Assembly: GCA_044892525.1 (NCBI GenBank)
Contig: CM097888.1
Coordinates: 4,154,001 to 4,218,000, forward strand
Direction of reading: 5' to 3'
Source: Schmidtea polychroa
Lineage: Eukaryota
Length of the DNA stretch: 64,000 bases
Within the stretch, counting starts at the first letter, position 1. Each line of letters opens with the position of its first letter. Below, piece by piece: positions 39,001 through 52,348 of the stretch. The notes under the pieces were generated by a model, which searched no databases, was not told the origin of the DNA, and was given only the letters and a program-made list of their open reading frames with translations. The translations under genes were made by a program, and so were the position numbers.

Positions 39001-39289
39001 CAACTTTGTTCTCTTTTATACACATACAGCTATGAGTAGCGAGCAGAGGATAACCAATTATGCATATAACCAGTTGGAAAGCCACATTAAAAAAGCTCTT
39101 GGTAAAGTTAAACATATCAGAAAAAAATCTAAAAAGTCAAAATGTTCTAACCACAAACACTGCATATCAAGTTCGGAGAACGTTACAGTCTTTACAATCA
39201 TGGAAGAAAATGATGCTGTTAAAGAAAACCAAAACTACGGAACGAATGGGCAGGATTGTACACTGATTGATAGCTTAAAGTATTTTTAA
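36013..39289 (+). CDS. Voltage-gated K+ channel, Kv3/Shaw-like, 2 coding exons, ~503 aa
   Basis: Exons 36013-36525 and 38291-39289, GTAAG..TTTAG intron, phase 0. T1 domain (EYFFDRDPEVF, CGPLFNREIKEWG, EFCC), S4, pore FWWCIVTITTTGYGDMVP and S6. An upstream exon cannot be excluded. Confidence 0.92.
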
Positions 39290-39369
39290 AAAGGAACTTT
39301 ATCAAAACTTTGCAACTTATTCATTTGAATTTTTCTGTAATAATAAAGTTATTGTCAAGTATTTTCAGT

Positions 39370-39485
39370 CTGTGATGGAAAGATTTTCATATGAATAAAT
39401 CACTTGAAAAAAGGCAGTGCCGAAAATTCGTGTACATCAAAAATATCGATAAAGTTGACTGACTCATAGTCAAGCTTTATACAAT
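39370..39485 (+). repeat. Dispersed ~100-bp motif (copy C)
   Basis: TCACTTGAAAAAAGGCAGTGCCGAAAATTCGTG..ATCGATA..TTGACTGA. Confidence 0.8.
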
Positions 39486-40636
39486 GTCAATGGAAACGAA
39501 ATCAGTGGTGAAAATTGAAAAATATTCTTATATTAAATTAATAACTGATTATATAACAGTTTTAACTGTTTTTATTTGACCTCCCCCCTCAAATTTCGAA
39601 ACCAGATGTAAAAAACATTAAAGCGATTCACACGAAATGTGAAAATCAGAATAAGAATTTGATTTGGATTCATATTTCTGAAGGAATACATTCTGGTGAG
39701 TGAGAATACGACTACAGTTTAGTGGTCGTTGCGAATCCTTGCCATACGCCATGTTTTATAAGTGTCATTTTAATGTTATCTAAAATAGCGAGATGTTGAA
39801 AACTAAACATAGATTTCCTATCACAAAAATGAATAAAAAGTTTTCCAATCTTTCTTATTCGTTATAATATGATTATATAAAACTGACGCAATAACTGTGT
39901 CTCCTTCATGTATCTGATTACTCTCGTTTTGTCCTTGAACTAACTTATATAAGCCATGAAATTAGAATTCAAGATGTCGTTCCTATTTCTTCATATCGGA
40001 ACATAAATGCTGCATCCTATATGATAAAGGAAGTTGAATCGCCTCCCCTACGTAACTATCAACTGTGACACAGCTGGTGCTGTTATCATAGAATCTATAG
40101 GAAAATAGAGATGATATAGAATTTGTGACACAAAACACCAGAGAAAGGTTTAGCCAAACATTCGTATTACATATTAAACAAAGTATTCATGTATAATCGA
40201 AAAAGAAATGACATTAAAGGAAATTGTATATAAAAAGGAAAACAGACCAAGAGGGAGAAAGACAAAAAAAGGAAAAGTTAGTAAAATATATTTTCGAATA
40301 TTTCAGAATAATAAAAATGAGTGCTTGTATTCTTAGAATAATACAAGAAAACGTTTGACTTAGCCAAAATATAAATTGACGTGAGGAAGAAATAATTATG
40401 GGAAAAGATGATGAAAAGAAATTGATAAATATTTCCCTGAAAATTGAAATACTTTTATCCCTTCACTATTGATCTATTATTTTATTTTCAATTGCTTATC
40501 AGCATTTCAGTTTATAAATCAATATTTATATTTGCTGAATTTGCTGAATTTGTTTAACATTCAATTTATGCTGCTACCAAAAAACATTCATGTAATAAAG
40601 TGTAACAATAAATGTAAATATTAAACTATTGATTAA

Positions 40637-40910
40637 AGTGGCGTAGCTAAGGGGGCGCCACAATAATGAGATTCAGTGTGCATCAGAAACTATTGAATAT
40701 TCTTCCCACAGATGCTCTGATATAGGACATTTTTATGACAATGATGTTGATGGCTAAGAATTGTTCAATGAAATTTGTGACTGTAAAATGCTACTTATTA
40801 CGAGAGGTGATGATCAATCTATCAATCTTATTTCTTTCATTGTATCTTATGGTGATGATTTCTTTCCATGTTTACGTTTGTTCTCTGCAAATTCTTTTAA
40901 CAATTGCCCG
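40637..40910 (+). mobile_element. hAT relic (TIR-like start plus transposase C-terminal fragment)
   Basis: AGTGGCGTAGCTAAGGGGG start. ELFNEICDCKMLL and FIVSYGDDFFPCLR / SLQILLTIA fragments resemble ZMYM1-like hAT transposases. Confidence 0.65.
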
Positions 40911-42697
40911 TTATAAGTTTCCGTTTAGCAAAATACCAGTAAACAGCATAATACCGAAAGTTATCAGGAACAAAAAGTGTTCCTCGAGGTGGGTTTGAAT
41001 AACAAAATGTTCATGATTTTTTGACAGCCCTTTACCCGAACCAATTAGGTTAAGGGTCAAGATAGAGCACAGAGTTTAAAGCAAAAGCTGTTTATCGGGG
41101 TTAGAGGTCTTCATAACAAAATTTTAATTTCAGGGAGGTAGGATTGGTCCATGAATTACTCCAGATGTGGTTCAGCCAAAAACATAGCCGTTCTTTCTAA
41201 ATTGAAATCTAACTAATAATAATAATAATAATAATTGTTCGAATTTATTATTTTTTAACAAGAATTCTTACTATTTTGATTGGTTGATTATTTTTTAAAA
41301 TATCAAAATTTAAAATAATTATACCAAATATTTAGAAAATTCTTTTAAACTATAAAATATAATTTTTCATAATTTTTCCTTTAAAATTTTTTATTTTATT
41401 CAAACATTTTTGTCAATTTGTCAAATTGAAACTTGTAAATCTTTTGTATTGTTTTTATTATTATTAAATGTCTCTTGTTACTATTTGCTGTCATCTCGCA
41501 GCGGAGTGTGAACGGAAATTTTCTTATCAATTCAAACAAAAAGTATGGAAGAAATTTAATTGAAAAAGAAATTAAAATAAATTCGACTGTCGAGAATAAA
41601 CAAAAGTGTTTTGATGATTCTCGATGGATGCATTTCAGAATTGTCTCGGGTTGAAATGTGTGAGGAAAAGGCAACATTTCAACTCCTTTTGTTTACGTAT
41701 GACAATGAGGTGCAGCCCAATAAATTGAGTTGAATTATATATTTTAAATATATTATTTCTTATTGGTGACAAACAATTCTAAACCTTATAAAGGATTCTG
41801 TGGGACTTTGATTATTTCCATGTGAATGAGCTCACAAATTGTTGGGGTTTACAGTTACATCAGCTTCGTACTACATATGAGCGCTTTGATCTCCATTAAA
41901 ATAATCATGATTCTATGATACTTACTCATATAAATGTAGAAGGGTAACGATTATGAGGATATATATAATTATGGGCATGAAAGGAAATGGGATATCACAG
42001 GAATTGGTTCATTGATAAGGTTTTCTGATAATGAGGTTTGAATTATCACAAGATATGCAAACTTTCAATATTTTACTCGTCTACATATTTTCTAGAATTT
42101 AATTTATTTTATGCTCCTGATAACTCAATATATATATTGTCAACTAACTATTACAAACAAAATCTTTATTAACACTGATGCAGTTACACATTTACACTTT
42201 TTATTAGTTTACTCACACTTGATACAATCAGGTTTTGTCTGCACTTTTCAATTTGCCAACAAATCTCACGCAGGGGTAGATCTTCAAACGGGAGATGTCC
42301 CTTTCTGGTACGTTCGATTTTTAAATTGTTTATTTTCTACTAACTTTAATGTTTCCTTTTTCGCTCTCGTCAAACTTCTATTTTCTTTTCTTCGACCAAC
42401 TGTCAATTTTGATTTCTTGCCAGTTGCTTTTATATTCACTTGGTAATTAACTTTATTTTGGTAAATTAGTTTGGGTCTAACTTCCCCCGGGCTTCCTCTT
42501 GTAGGTCTAATTCAATTTAAGGAATTGCCCCTTCTTCTTTGACGCTCGCGTCACTTTTATTTTATTCGGCTAATTTTATTGCCTTACCAAAATTGGATTG
42601 CTAATTCAGGTTTTCTCAAATCACTCGGGTTTTCTATTGTCTCGGGTTCTCCATTAGTCAATTAATTTTTGTTTTTTGTATTTCATTCCTTTTTGGG

Positions 42698-44288
42698 GGT
42701 TACATGACAAAATTACACAAGACGAAATTACACAAGACGAAATTACACAAGACGAAATTACACGGGATGAAATTACACTGAGACGAAATTACACAGGATG
42801 AAATTACACTGAGACGAAATTACACGGGATGAAATTACACAAGACGAAATTACACTAAAAAATAGTAAGAAACAAAATTAAAAAAAATAGTTTAAATTTT
42901 AATAAAAAGTTTTAATATAAAAATTAGTAAAAAGTTTTAAAAAATTAGTAAAAGTTAAGTATTAAATTTAGCAATGAATATATTAACAATTTTAAATAAT
43001 AAAATAATAAAAATTTAAGTAAAAAAATAATTATAATATTTAATAATTAATAAATATATATATTCAAATTACTAGTTTTTCTCTTTAATAATAACATAAT
43101 TTTTTATTTTATGAATAGTGAGAGATAAAGTAAAAAAATAAAATCAAACATTTAATGTTAAGTAAAAAAATAAAATCAAACATTTAATGTTAAGTAATAT
43201 GAGCTATTCACCACAAAAACTCTAATCGTCTATTAGGGTTATAATTAAGTACGATTCTCGAAATTCGTTGTTTAAAATTAGTGTAACGAATACGTCCTGG
43301 ATTTATTTGACCAGTTAAATGCTGTAAATAATTTGTATGCTGCAATGATAACTCTTTGATCATATTATTAAGAAATTTCCAAATTGTTGGATGGGAACAT
43401 TGGAAAAGAGATTGTATCCCATAATGCCATCCTTCTATACAATTTGTAGTTCTTGCTACGCAGTTTGCTGCTGATTCCCTATGGTTCCAAGATACTATAG
43501 TAAATAATGGATACTATAGTAAATAGCCTTGTCAATGAGCTTTTCTTTGGTAGTCCAATTTTTAATCCATCCGCTGCAGTCATTATATTGTCTGCTATGA
43601 CTGATCGAGCAGTTGCACCTGGGTGAGACATTTTATCTTTCATCGCATTAGTCAGTTTGTGTGATTTTGCTTCAAACACTTTATTTTCATGAGAATGCTC
43701 CGAGGGCTCACGAATAATCTTGTCGTCTTTAGTGTGGAGCAAAGATCGACATTTTAAAGTTCTAAATTTTGAACATCGCCAGTGTCTAGTCCCTTTTATA
43801 GTTTGACGATGTTGAATAAACTCAAATCCTTTATAAATAATGATTTTTCCACCTTTGTTGCTGATACTATACTCAAAGTTATCCATGGTGCGCAATGAAG
43901 AAAATTTGATGAATAAAATATCAATATAAGCAATAGACTAATAGAATTTAGTTTTATAGATTTTGTATATATAATTGTAAAAATAATATTAAAAGAGAGA
44001 AATAAGCTTTTATAATGATATTAATTTATTTAATAAGTTTCTAAAAATTTAATACTTAACTTTTACTAATTTTTTTAAAACTTTTTATAAAAAATTTTCT
44101 ACTAATTTTTTTTCTACTTTTTTCGTCTTGTGTAATTTCGTCTTGTGTAATTTCATCCCGTGTCATTTCGTCTCAGTGTAATTTCATCCTGTGTAATTTC
44201 GTCTCAGTGTAATTTCATCCCGTGTAATTTCGTCTCAGTGTAATTTCATCCCGTGTAATTTCGTCTTGTGTAATTTCGTCCTGACACC
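42698..44288 (-). mobile_element. Mutator-like element (MULE), deletion derivative, 1591 bp
   Basis: 9-bp TSD CTTTTTGGG (42689-42697, 44289-44297). Long TIRs built of 15/16-bp tandem units (GACGAAATTACACAA). Contains an FLYWCH ORF and the MULE C-terminus RTTNCIEGWHYGIQSLFQCSHPTIWKFL (~43330-43460). Confidence 0.92.
43479..43895 (-). pseudogene. FLYWCH zinc-finger N-terminus of a MULE transposase (DDE core deleted)
   Basis: SNKGGKIIIYKGFEF..RHWRCSKFRTLKCRSLLHT..EHSH, then LPKKSSLTR. The catalytic domain is absent. Confidence 0.85.
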
Positions 44289-45811
44289 CTTTTTGGGACC
44301 CCCCCCGCCCCCATTGATTTTATTTTATTATAGTTGAACTCGTCTCATTATTCAGCATCCGCTCATACCAGTTTCTCACGGAAATTATTCACTTTCAAAT
44401 TTATTTTTGCTTTTTAATTAAAATTTTATACTTTAAATTTTATTTTGAATTTGGTGTTTTAATCGATTTTCACCTCATTTTTGTGCCTCTCCTGTTGAAT
44501 CCCAACAATTATCAAATTGCTGTGTAACCAGTAGAAACAGTAGAATATTTGTGGTTATATCCAGTCATTCTGGAGGTGAATAAACCTATTATGTCAACAC
44601 TCCAATTCATAATTTAGGAGGAGAAGTTTGGATTGGTATTTGTGTTTCCCTCTTAAACATGCTTTTGATGTTTTCCTAGAAGGGATTTATATTTCAGAAA
44701 ATTCGATGTTTTTAGACCAGCCCTCAAAGATCCAGTGAAAAGGCAGTTGGTCTGTTTGTCTGAAGAATAAAAGGTTGCGTAGCAGCGTAACCAGTAATCC
44801 TTGCCAAAATATTTATATAAATAAATAAATAAATAAATAAATATATATATATATATAATTTGAAGTTTGGATTTCTATTTTTTTATTTTTTGTTTGTAAT
44901 GTGCAATTGTTACCTTTCTCATCCTTACAGACGATGAAGTTATAAAAATTGACACAAAATGCATAAACTATGTAAAATCAATTTTCTCGGAAGTAAAAAG
45001 TTTGTGCAAATGTCAAATGAAAAGTTTCATCAACAAATCCAATTCTAATAAAGCATCACTTTTCGAAATTCTTTTGGGGTAATCAAAATATTTAATTTTA
45101 TTTCTTTACCAAAGACTTCAATTATTACAAATTGTTCTCGACTTACTGTTTCAAACTAAAGGCACTTCTCACTGGACAGGGTAACATGTGAATGGATGAT
45201 TGATTATAAAATAAATGATCTCGAAGTTAAACACAAAATGCTTAGACCAATGGAACAAAATTATCAGAGGATCCAATCAAATGTCTGTTATTAAATAATT
45301 AAATAGAGAAACTGCTATAAATCCTAGTGTAAATAATCAGATATTAAAATAAAAAACTCTGAAATTGTAAGAAATTATAAAGAGCGAAACGAAAGTAAAA
45401 ACTGAAGACTCACTCACCAGAATGCGTGGGAAACACNNNNNNNNNNNNNNNNNNNNNNNNNNNNNNNNNNNNNNNNNNNNNNNNNNNNNNNNNNNNNNNN
45501 NNNNNNNNNNNNNNNNNNNNNNNNNNNNNNNNNNNNNNNNNNNNNNNNNNNNNNNNNNNNNNNNNTGAACCGGGAGAACAATGATAATATATGAATAAAT
45601 AAACAAATTGATATAGCAAATCATCACATACAACAACAACAGCAACAAACGAGCCCATCATTCATATTTATTCAAATACATAAGCAATGAAATTGATCAC
45701 GCCCCTCCAATGGGAGAATTGATGCGATATACAATTACAATCAAGGAATTTACCACCACACATCAAATGTAAGGCGGAAACCGGCAAAAGAAAACAAGAG
45801 ATAAATTGCAA

Positions 45812-47528
45812 TTATATTTCATCCAAATCATCCAATCCCAATTCAGGGAAATCGCCCACCATGACATGTTGAGGCTTGATAAATGCACCATATCTCTCTG
45901 GGCAATCGAAATACAAAGTGCCGTCCACACTAGAAAGATTAACATAGACAGATGGAATCAGATATCTAATTGAAAACAAACGTTCCATTGTTCTTGCCTG
46001 ACGGCTCATCGTAATGAACACCAATCCAATAGCCAGGCTTGAAATGGGTGGTACCTATAATCGCTCTGGGTTACCATTATTATTATTATTACCACCAATT
46101 TATACCGATGTATTTCACTTGGCCCCGTTTTGCTGACTGATTAGGAACCCTCACCTCGCACCTGATGAATACGAGGAGAAACTTACAAATTTATTATTAT
46201 TAATTGTAATAATACTAATAAATATATAAATATTAATAAAAAATAATAAATAGTAATAATAATTAATTAATAATAATTATAAATAAATAAATATTAATAT
46301 TTAATATTATAAAATATTAATAAAAATAATAATATATAATAAATAAATATCAATAATAAATTTGAAAAAAGTTTTTATAATAATAAATATTAATAATAAT
46401 AATAATAACCAAATATTAATTAAAATAATAATATATAATAAATAAATATTTTTTCCATCCGAAAATATTGCATAAATCAAAAAAACCGGAATAATAAAAG
46501 AAATATAATCTTGGTGCACTTTTTGTTTTTATTTCAAAATAGCCGGTTGCTAGGCAACTGATAAATAAATGGCGCGCCACCAGATTGATATGCCAGGAAT
46601 ATTTCATAAATAAAATCATTCTAGTTAATTACAATTAATTACAACAAATTATATTATTGTCAACTATTATTATTATTCCTCGATGCGGAAATTTGATATA
46701 GATTTACACAATTAGCAATGACAATAAATAAAATATCATAAAAAACAAATCAAAGGCAACCAAAGAAAAAAGGATTCTTTATTAAAATAAATAATCTTTC
46801 ACATTTGATAATAATAATAATAAATTATAATCAAATTATAATAAAGTATAAATAATATTTTAAAAATCTAAAATACAAAATTTAAAGAAAAATTAGAAAT
46901 AGTTCCAAAGAGGAAATAAATTAAAATGAATTAAACAATTACCTGTCTCCGATTTTCATACTTTCCGCTTTCGTTATTTCCTCCTGAAGTTTTTTCTCAG
47001 CAGCTTCTTTTTTCATTCTTTCTTCTTCCGGATCTACCTCTCTGAATTGGCCCAATTTCATGCGGCGTTTAAATGCTAACACCGTGTCTAAGCAAGATTG
47101 AAAATTAAATCAAATTTCAAATAAAAATTCACCTTCCCGTTTGGCATATTCTTCAAAAGAAATCTCATAAAGTGGCTGAGATTCATCCATCGTTTCAAAT
47201 TCACCCCCTTTCAAGTTTGGATCAGTTGCATGAACACGCATCCTATCCTTTATTGGATAATCGCCCAAACATTTCATGTTGTCATCTAGCCATAGTAATG
47301 GCTCGTCATCTTCACCGAACACTTGTAGTTTCACGTGCCTGTGATCGCATCCAGTAACCAATTCCAATTTTGCCTATTTAGTAATATATGTTAGATGATT
47401 ACAACTTTGTAAATCACCTTAAACTCGCCTATTGTCAAATTATACGGATAGCGCTTCTCACATTGAACAGAAGTTGCATTATTAGTAATAAATAAACTGA
47501 TGTAACCACCTTGATAAATCGATGTCAT
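45812..47528 (-). CDS. TBCB: Tubulin-folding cofactor B, 6 exons, 247 aa
   Basis: Exons complement(47418-47528, 47133-47373, 46943-47087, 46106-46161, 45982-46054, 45812-45929). GT-AG introns, phases consistent. UBL N-terminus (EKRY..KLELVTG), CAP-Gly [20 protein letters not shown], and C-terminal GDFPE..DEI. Confidence 0.96.
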
Positions 47529-47840
47529 AATTTCAAATTGCAACAATAATTTATTGATCAATATAAACAATTGTGATACAAACGGAAACTATTATTTAAT
47601 TTCCTGATTTCAAATCATTTTTATCAAATTTAAAGTTCAATATAAAGATTTTCATTTTAGTTTTTTAAATCTTAATTTTATTTTATTTTATTATTTTAAC
47701 TTTGTGCTATAAAATAACAGTAACTACAAATTTAAATAATTTTACTAATACCAAAATAAAAAATTATTAAAGGCATAATTAATAACTATTTTTTAAGTCA
47801 TAGCATATTTTAATAAGTTCAAATATATATATATATATAT

Positions 47841-48400
47841 AGGGTTTTCCGACCTATTTAGACACTTTAACGATCAAATTAGACATTTCAAAAAAGTGAT
47901 ATATATTTCACAAACAATTTAGACAATTTTCCAATCAATTTAGACAATAAAATTAAGAATAAGTTTGGCAAATCCACAACATTTTTATTCATATATCAAT
48001 TCCATATTTCTACTTCTTTCGATATAAGTTAACATTCTCCTGAAATACCCTCCACAATCTTCGCTTGTTAGGATGTCAAATCCTGCCATAATCAAATCAT
48101 TTAATTCATTTTCGTTGTTTGCATTACCTCTGAGCACATGATTCTTCCATTTACTGAAACAATTCTCAATAATGTTAAGAAATGGAGAGTAGGGTGGTAG
48201 ATATACAACTTTGATGTTTTCAGCTTCACATATGGAAATAAAACGAGCACAATGATGTATACGAGCGTTGTCGATGATAAAAATTGGATCTGTAATTCCT
48301 TTATTTATCGATAAATTGTTTAACTCTACCATATAACTCAAAAATTTACAAATACATAATATTTTTGAGAGTAATGTCCGTTCCTTTTATCAATTATATT
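47841..48400 (-). mobile_element. IS630-Tc1-mariner (DDE_3) transposase C-terminal fragment
   Basis: IFIIDNARIHH..YLPPYSPFLNIIENCFSKWK in ORF 47985-48341. Confidence 0.88.
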
Positions 48401-48483
48401 TTTGTTGTCTTTTTTCTTGTTTATGGTGAAATGTTTTTTGCGATTGGAAAGAAAAATAACTATCAATTTATTTTATTAAGCTA

Positions 48484-48960
48484 GTGGCAAAAATTCAAAA
48501 AATCATGGAGTCGGAATCAAAATTTCCTTTATATCTAGATAGACCGGCTTTTGCAGTATATCAGCATTTGAGCGCGGAAGACAAAGGCAACGCATTGAAG
48601 ATTGAACATGCTTTAATCGATGCCTATTCGATAGATATGTTCCAAGCATATGACCGATTCCGTGAATGAAAGTGGTGCAATGAGCCAGAAGTTGCGTTTT
48701 TGAATGATCTCAAAAACTGATCAAGATAGATATCAAGATCATAATAAAAAGCGCATTCATCATGGGTTTGCTAGCAGTGTCGTCACAACAGTTACGATCC
48801 AATGCCAATATTCAGCAAATGTCTCTTGTTGAGTTAGTGGTTAAGTGTTAGTTGCTGGATGGTTAAGAGTATCAAGTAGCTATATAAAACGACACAGTGC
48901 TGGAAGTAAGTGGGATGATACGATTGGAAAAATTGCGTTAAAAATGGTTAACGAAATGAT
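48484..48960 (+). mobile_element. Gypsy-type gag relic
   Basis: FPLYLDRPAFAVYQHLSAEDKGNALKIEHAL..FQAYDRF resembles the gag N-terminus of invertebrate gypsy elements. Stops follow. Confidence 0.55.
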
Positions 48961-48996
48961 GTATCGTGTGAAAAAGAACGATCCCGTGTCTGCTGA

Positions 48997-49443
48997 TTAG
49001 CATGTAAAGAAGGACGGATCTACGATTTTCTGGTGAGATGCAAGCAATCTGGCATTAGGAGTTGTGTTAGAAATAACAGGATTGTCTACGTCTGTTAATC
49101 CTTCATCATCGTTGTTCTCCACTGATGCTTTGTTGAAAACCGGTCCTATGTCGGAATAGTGGCGCGGCTTCCCGTTGATTTCGAAGTTGGTCGATGAATT
49201 TACCTTCGTTACAATTCCCTCACCCCATGTCGATGTGCCCTTCGCGTTTGGTGGTTTACAATGAACTGCATCGCCAACTTGGAAAAACGTCTCTTGCGTC
49301 TTCTCTCCTGTATAACGAGCGCCAACTCCTTTCCACCAATATGAAAACACGGATGAAGACGGCGGCATTCCGTACTTGTCATTGGGTGCTAAGTTATACC
49401 AATATACCATTTCTAATATTCCCTTGTTCGTTCTTGCTGCCAT
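48997..49443 (-). mobile_element. Gypsy integrase C-terminal relic
   Basis: VYWYNLAP..VFSYWW..FQVGDAVHCKPPNAKGTSTWGEGIVTKVNS..NGKPRH, a post-core / SH3-like integrase tail. Confidence 0.65.
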
Positions 49444-49936
49444 AATTAAATTTGTTTTAATATGCTCAAATTGTGATTAAAATAAAATTTTCTTCTTGTC
49501 AATAAAACTACAGAAATAGAGATCAGTCAAGATTAATTTAATGCATTTATCGCGATTATGAACTAAATCCGTGTTTATGTTGTCATTCTGAGATTCCATT
49601 GATTTTAGTGCCAGTCAATTTCTCCATTACTAATACTCAATAGTGTGGGCAATCACTCCAATTATCTATAGCGGATGATTAGATGACGCTTCATTTGCCG
49701 TATCTTCTAGACTTCTACTGGATTCCTTTCTTACCACAATTTCTCTGCTAGACAAAATCTGTGTATCAACACATGTTCACTAAATGTTGCAAATCTAATG
49801 CGTGATCGATCGGCTCTCACTAATGACTCAATCCAGTTGCAAATGTAGAGGAAGTGTAAATCCAAAACCTCGAAACTAGTTTACTATTGGGATTTGCACT
49901 GGGTATCACAAAGCTTGTAATATTTATGTTATGAAA

Positions 49937-50130
49937 TCTTATATCTAAAGATGAAAGTTTGTTTGTTTGTTTTCTGTAGAATTCCACACCGTTGAACTTA
50001 GGGCGCTGAAACTTTGCATGTGGCCCTCATTTGACTTACGATAGGTCATAGGCTGTTTCAACCCCAGGTGACCACCCCTAGGGTATCCTTAGTCGGTTTT
50101 TTGTCTGTCCCTTCAGCAATTTACCATATA
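49937..50130 (+). mobile_element. Possible Helitron-like non-autonomous 5' end
   Basis: A|TCTTATATCTAAAG followed by (GTTT)n and GCTGAAACTTTG, a pattern common at Helitron/DINE-like 5' ends. No 3' CTRR end was identified. Confidence 0.4.
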
Positions 50131-50699
50131 AATAATAATTTATTATATGCTTGCTACTTACAATTTAAATTAATATAATTTAGTCAAAAGTTTTCAAAGC
50201 AGAATTCAAACATGTGGTGGGTTACAGGTAATCCAAAGTTTCTACCTACTCGTGCTGTTTCCAGTGTAACTCAGAATACAATTGACAGCTGAGCAATCAA
50301 CGTTGGTACTGTACCAAGGGTTTGAGTACTAGCAAAAAGTGAGCATGCTTAACATACTGTAATTGTCTAGCACTCACTTAGCTTCACGGACTGCCGATAG
50401 AAGGCTTATGTCCGATTTTTCTCGGTCCCCTGAGTGTGAATTGGTATTCTCGAATAATCAGAATATATACAGACACATGAGTCATCAAGATAACGAACAC
50501 TTTTATTTAAATCTCATAACCCATGGTGGGAGTTCATAATACCCCAGTGGACTCTCCCGAGGTAGATATTGGTAGGGTCAAGTGGGTTGGTCTTTGGCCT
50601 AAGCTGGCTTGTCGTAATCTGGCGTGGGCAGCCTTACTCAGCCGGATTTTCTTCTGAGGGAGAATAAGAGATGCGAGTACTTTAGGATTGTTGAGTACT

Positions 50700-52130
50700 T
50701 CCGACAAAATTAAACCCTTAACAAAATCTGAGTTTGTATGTAAGGATAGTCTCGAATTTGCATCATAAAAAGGATAATAAAATAAAAATAATGATAATGA
50801 GTATATGGTTTCGCTTGATGTATCTAGTTTATTTACTAATGTCCCGTTGAAAGAAACAAATGATTTATGTTGTGAATTATGGAATGAAAATATTAATGGG
50901 CATAATATGTGTGATGGAAATGCATTTAGGAAGCTTTTAGAGTTATTTAACTTCTAAAGTTAATTTTCTTTTTAATAATGAATGGTATGAATAAATTGAT
51001 GGAGTGGATATGGGTTCGCCCTTAGCACAAACAATGGCGTCAATATTTTTGGCATGTTTAGAAAAGAAAATTGCTACTTTTCAATATGAGAAACCAATTG
51101 TGTATAAAAGGTATGTTGATGATATTTTTCTGATATTTAAAAATAAGGAATACGTGAAACTTTTTTTGTATTACATGAATGGATTGCACAAGAACATTAA
51201 ATTCACATGTGCAACTGAGAAGGATTCATCCATAGCATTTCTAATTAAACGTAAAGATGAACAATATGAGACAGAAATTTACAGAAAACCAACAGATTCT
51301 GGCCTCTATACTACCCCAGAGAGTTTTTGAGAATTTAAATATAAAAGAAACATGGTGAAAGGATTGGTTTATCGATCATGGAGCTTATCTTCAACTTTTA
51401 AAAATTCAGTAAAAAGTGTAGATAAATAAGTTGAATTACTGGTAAAGAATGGCTACTCAAAACGGCTTTTATTGTTAACATTGAATTATAGAATTGTTTC
51501 AAAATCGTGCAAAGTACGTAGTATGTTTGTTAGTAAATCTCAAACGCTGGTTGGATTGTGTTCGGATCTCGTTTATCAATTCACATGTAATGGGTGTAAT
51601 GCCACATACATTGGAGAGACTTCCCGTTATCTCTGTACTCGAGTTCAAGAACACTGTTGACCGAAGGGAGTGTCCAATATTAAGAATCACAATAAAGTCT
51701 GTTTGAGAGAATTAGAAATGTCTGATTTTAGAATCTTATCCAAAAATTTTGATAATTGTTTTGAGCGTGTGATATTTGAAGCATTATTGAGAGGAACTTT
51801 TAATCCTAAAATTAATGTGCAGAATGCAGTGAATACGTGTGTTGAATGTTTTTAATTAAGTTTTTGTATATCGATGTATATTGAATAATAGTTATGTTAA
51901 ATAATTTTAAAGTTTTAAATATAATTGATTATTGGAAATTATTGTTAATGAAATAAATTGTTTAAAATTTATAGATTTTATAATTTGTTTATATATTATC
52001 AATATAGTATAATTATTCATCCGTCGTGAATGTAGTTAACCTGATGATGATGATAGTGATGCTATCGAAATATAGAGTGAGAAAGGTGTATGAATGGCGA
52101 TTATTATTAATAAAATCTTCACCTTGTTTA
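50700..52130 (+). mobile_element. Penelope-like element (RT plus GIY-YIG endonuclease), 5'-truncated and decayed
   Basis: MVSLDVSSLFTNVPL, MGSPLA, KRYVDDIF, IKFT, IYRKPTDSG, and GIY-YIG LVYQFTCNGCNATYIGETSR..RVQEH..FEALL..NPKIN. Several stops and deletions. Confidence 0.93.
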
Positions 52131-52348
52131 TTTGAGTATAAATTATAATATAGTCAAAATAATTCAGCAGGTAAGTTAAGATTATACAAATAATCATCCA
52201 TTCAAAATAACTAGGTTGAGTCAAACACAACTAAAAAAACAGAAATAAAGCATAATCACGAGGTGCTAATATTTGGCCCAGCGTTTTGATTGTCTATGCA
52301 GGGCGATTTTGTCAAGGACGTCCCGTTTTCATGGCATGTCTGTTTCTG

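Noticed and set aside
35450-39485. Kv gene captured in a Pack-MULE or foldback element
   Set aside because: No TSD outside the inverted pair, and a third unpaired copy exists at 24420.
42710-42857. Short tandem array as CRISPR or iterons
   Set aside because: No spacers, and it is mirrored at 44120-44283 with a 9-bp TSD, so it is a MULE TIR.
44931-45300. Possible + strand spliced gene (TTACAG acceptor, 36-nt intron candidate)
   Set aside because: No start or consistent multi-exon model, and no recognisable motif.
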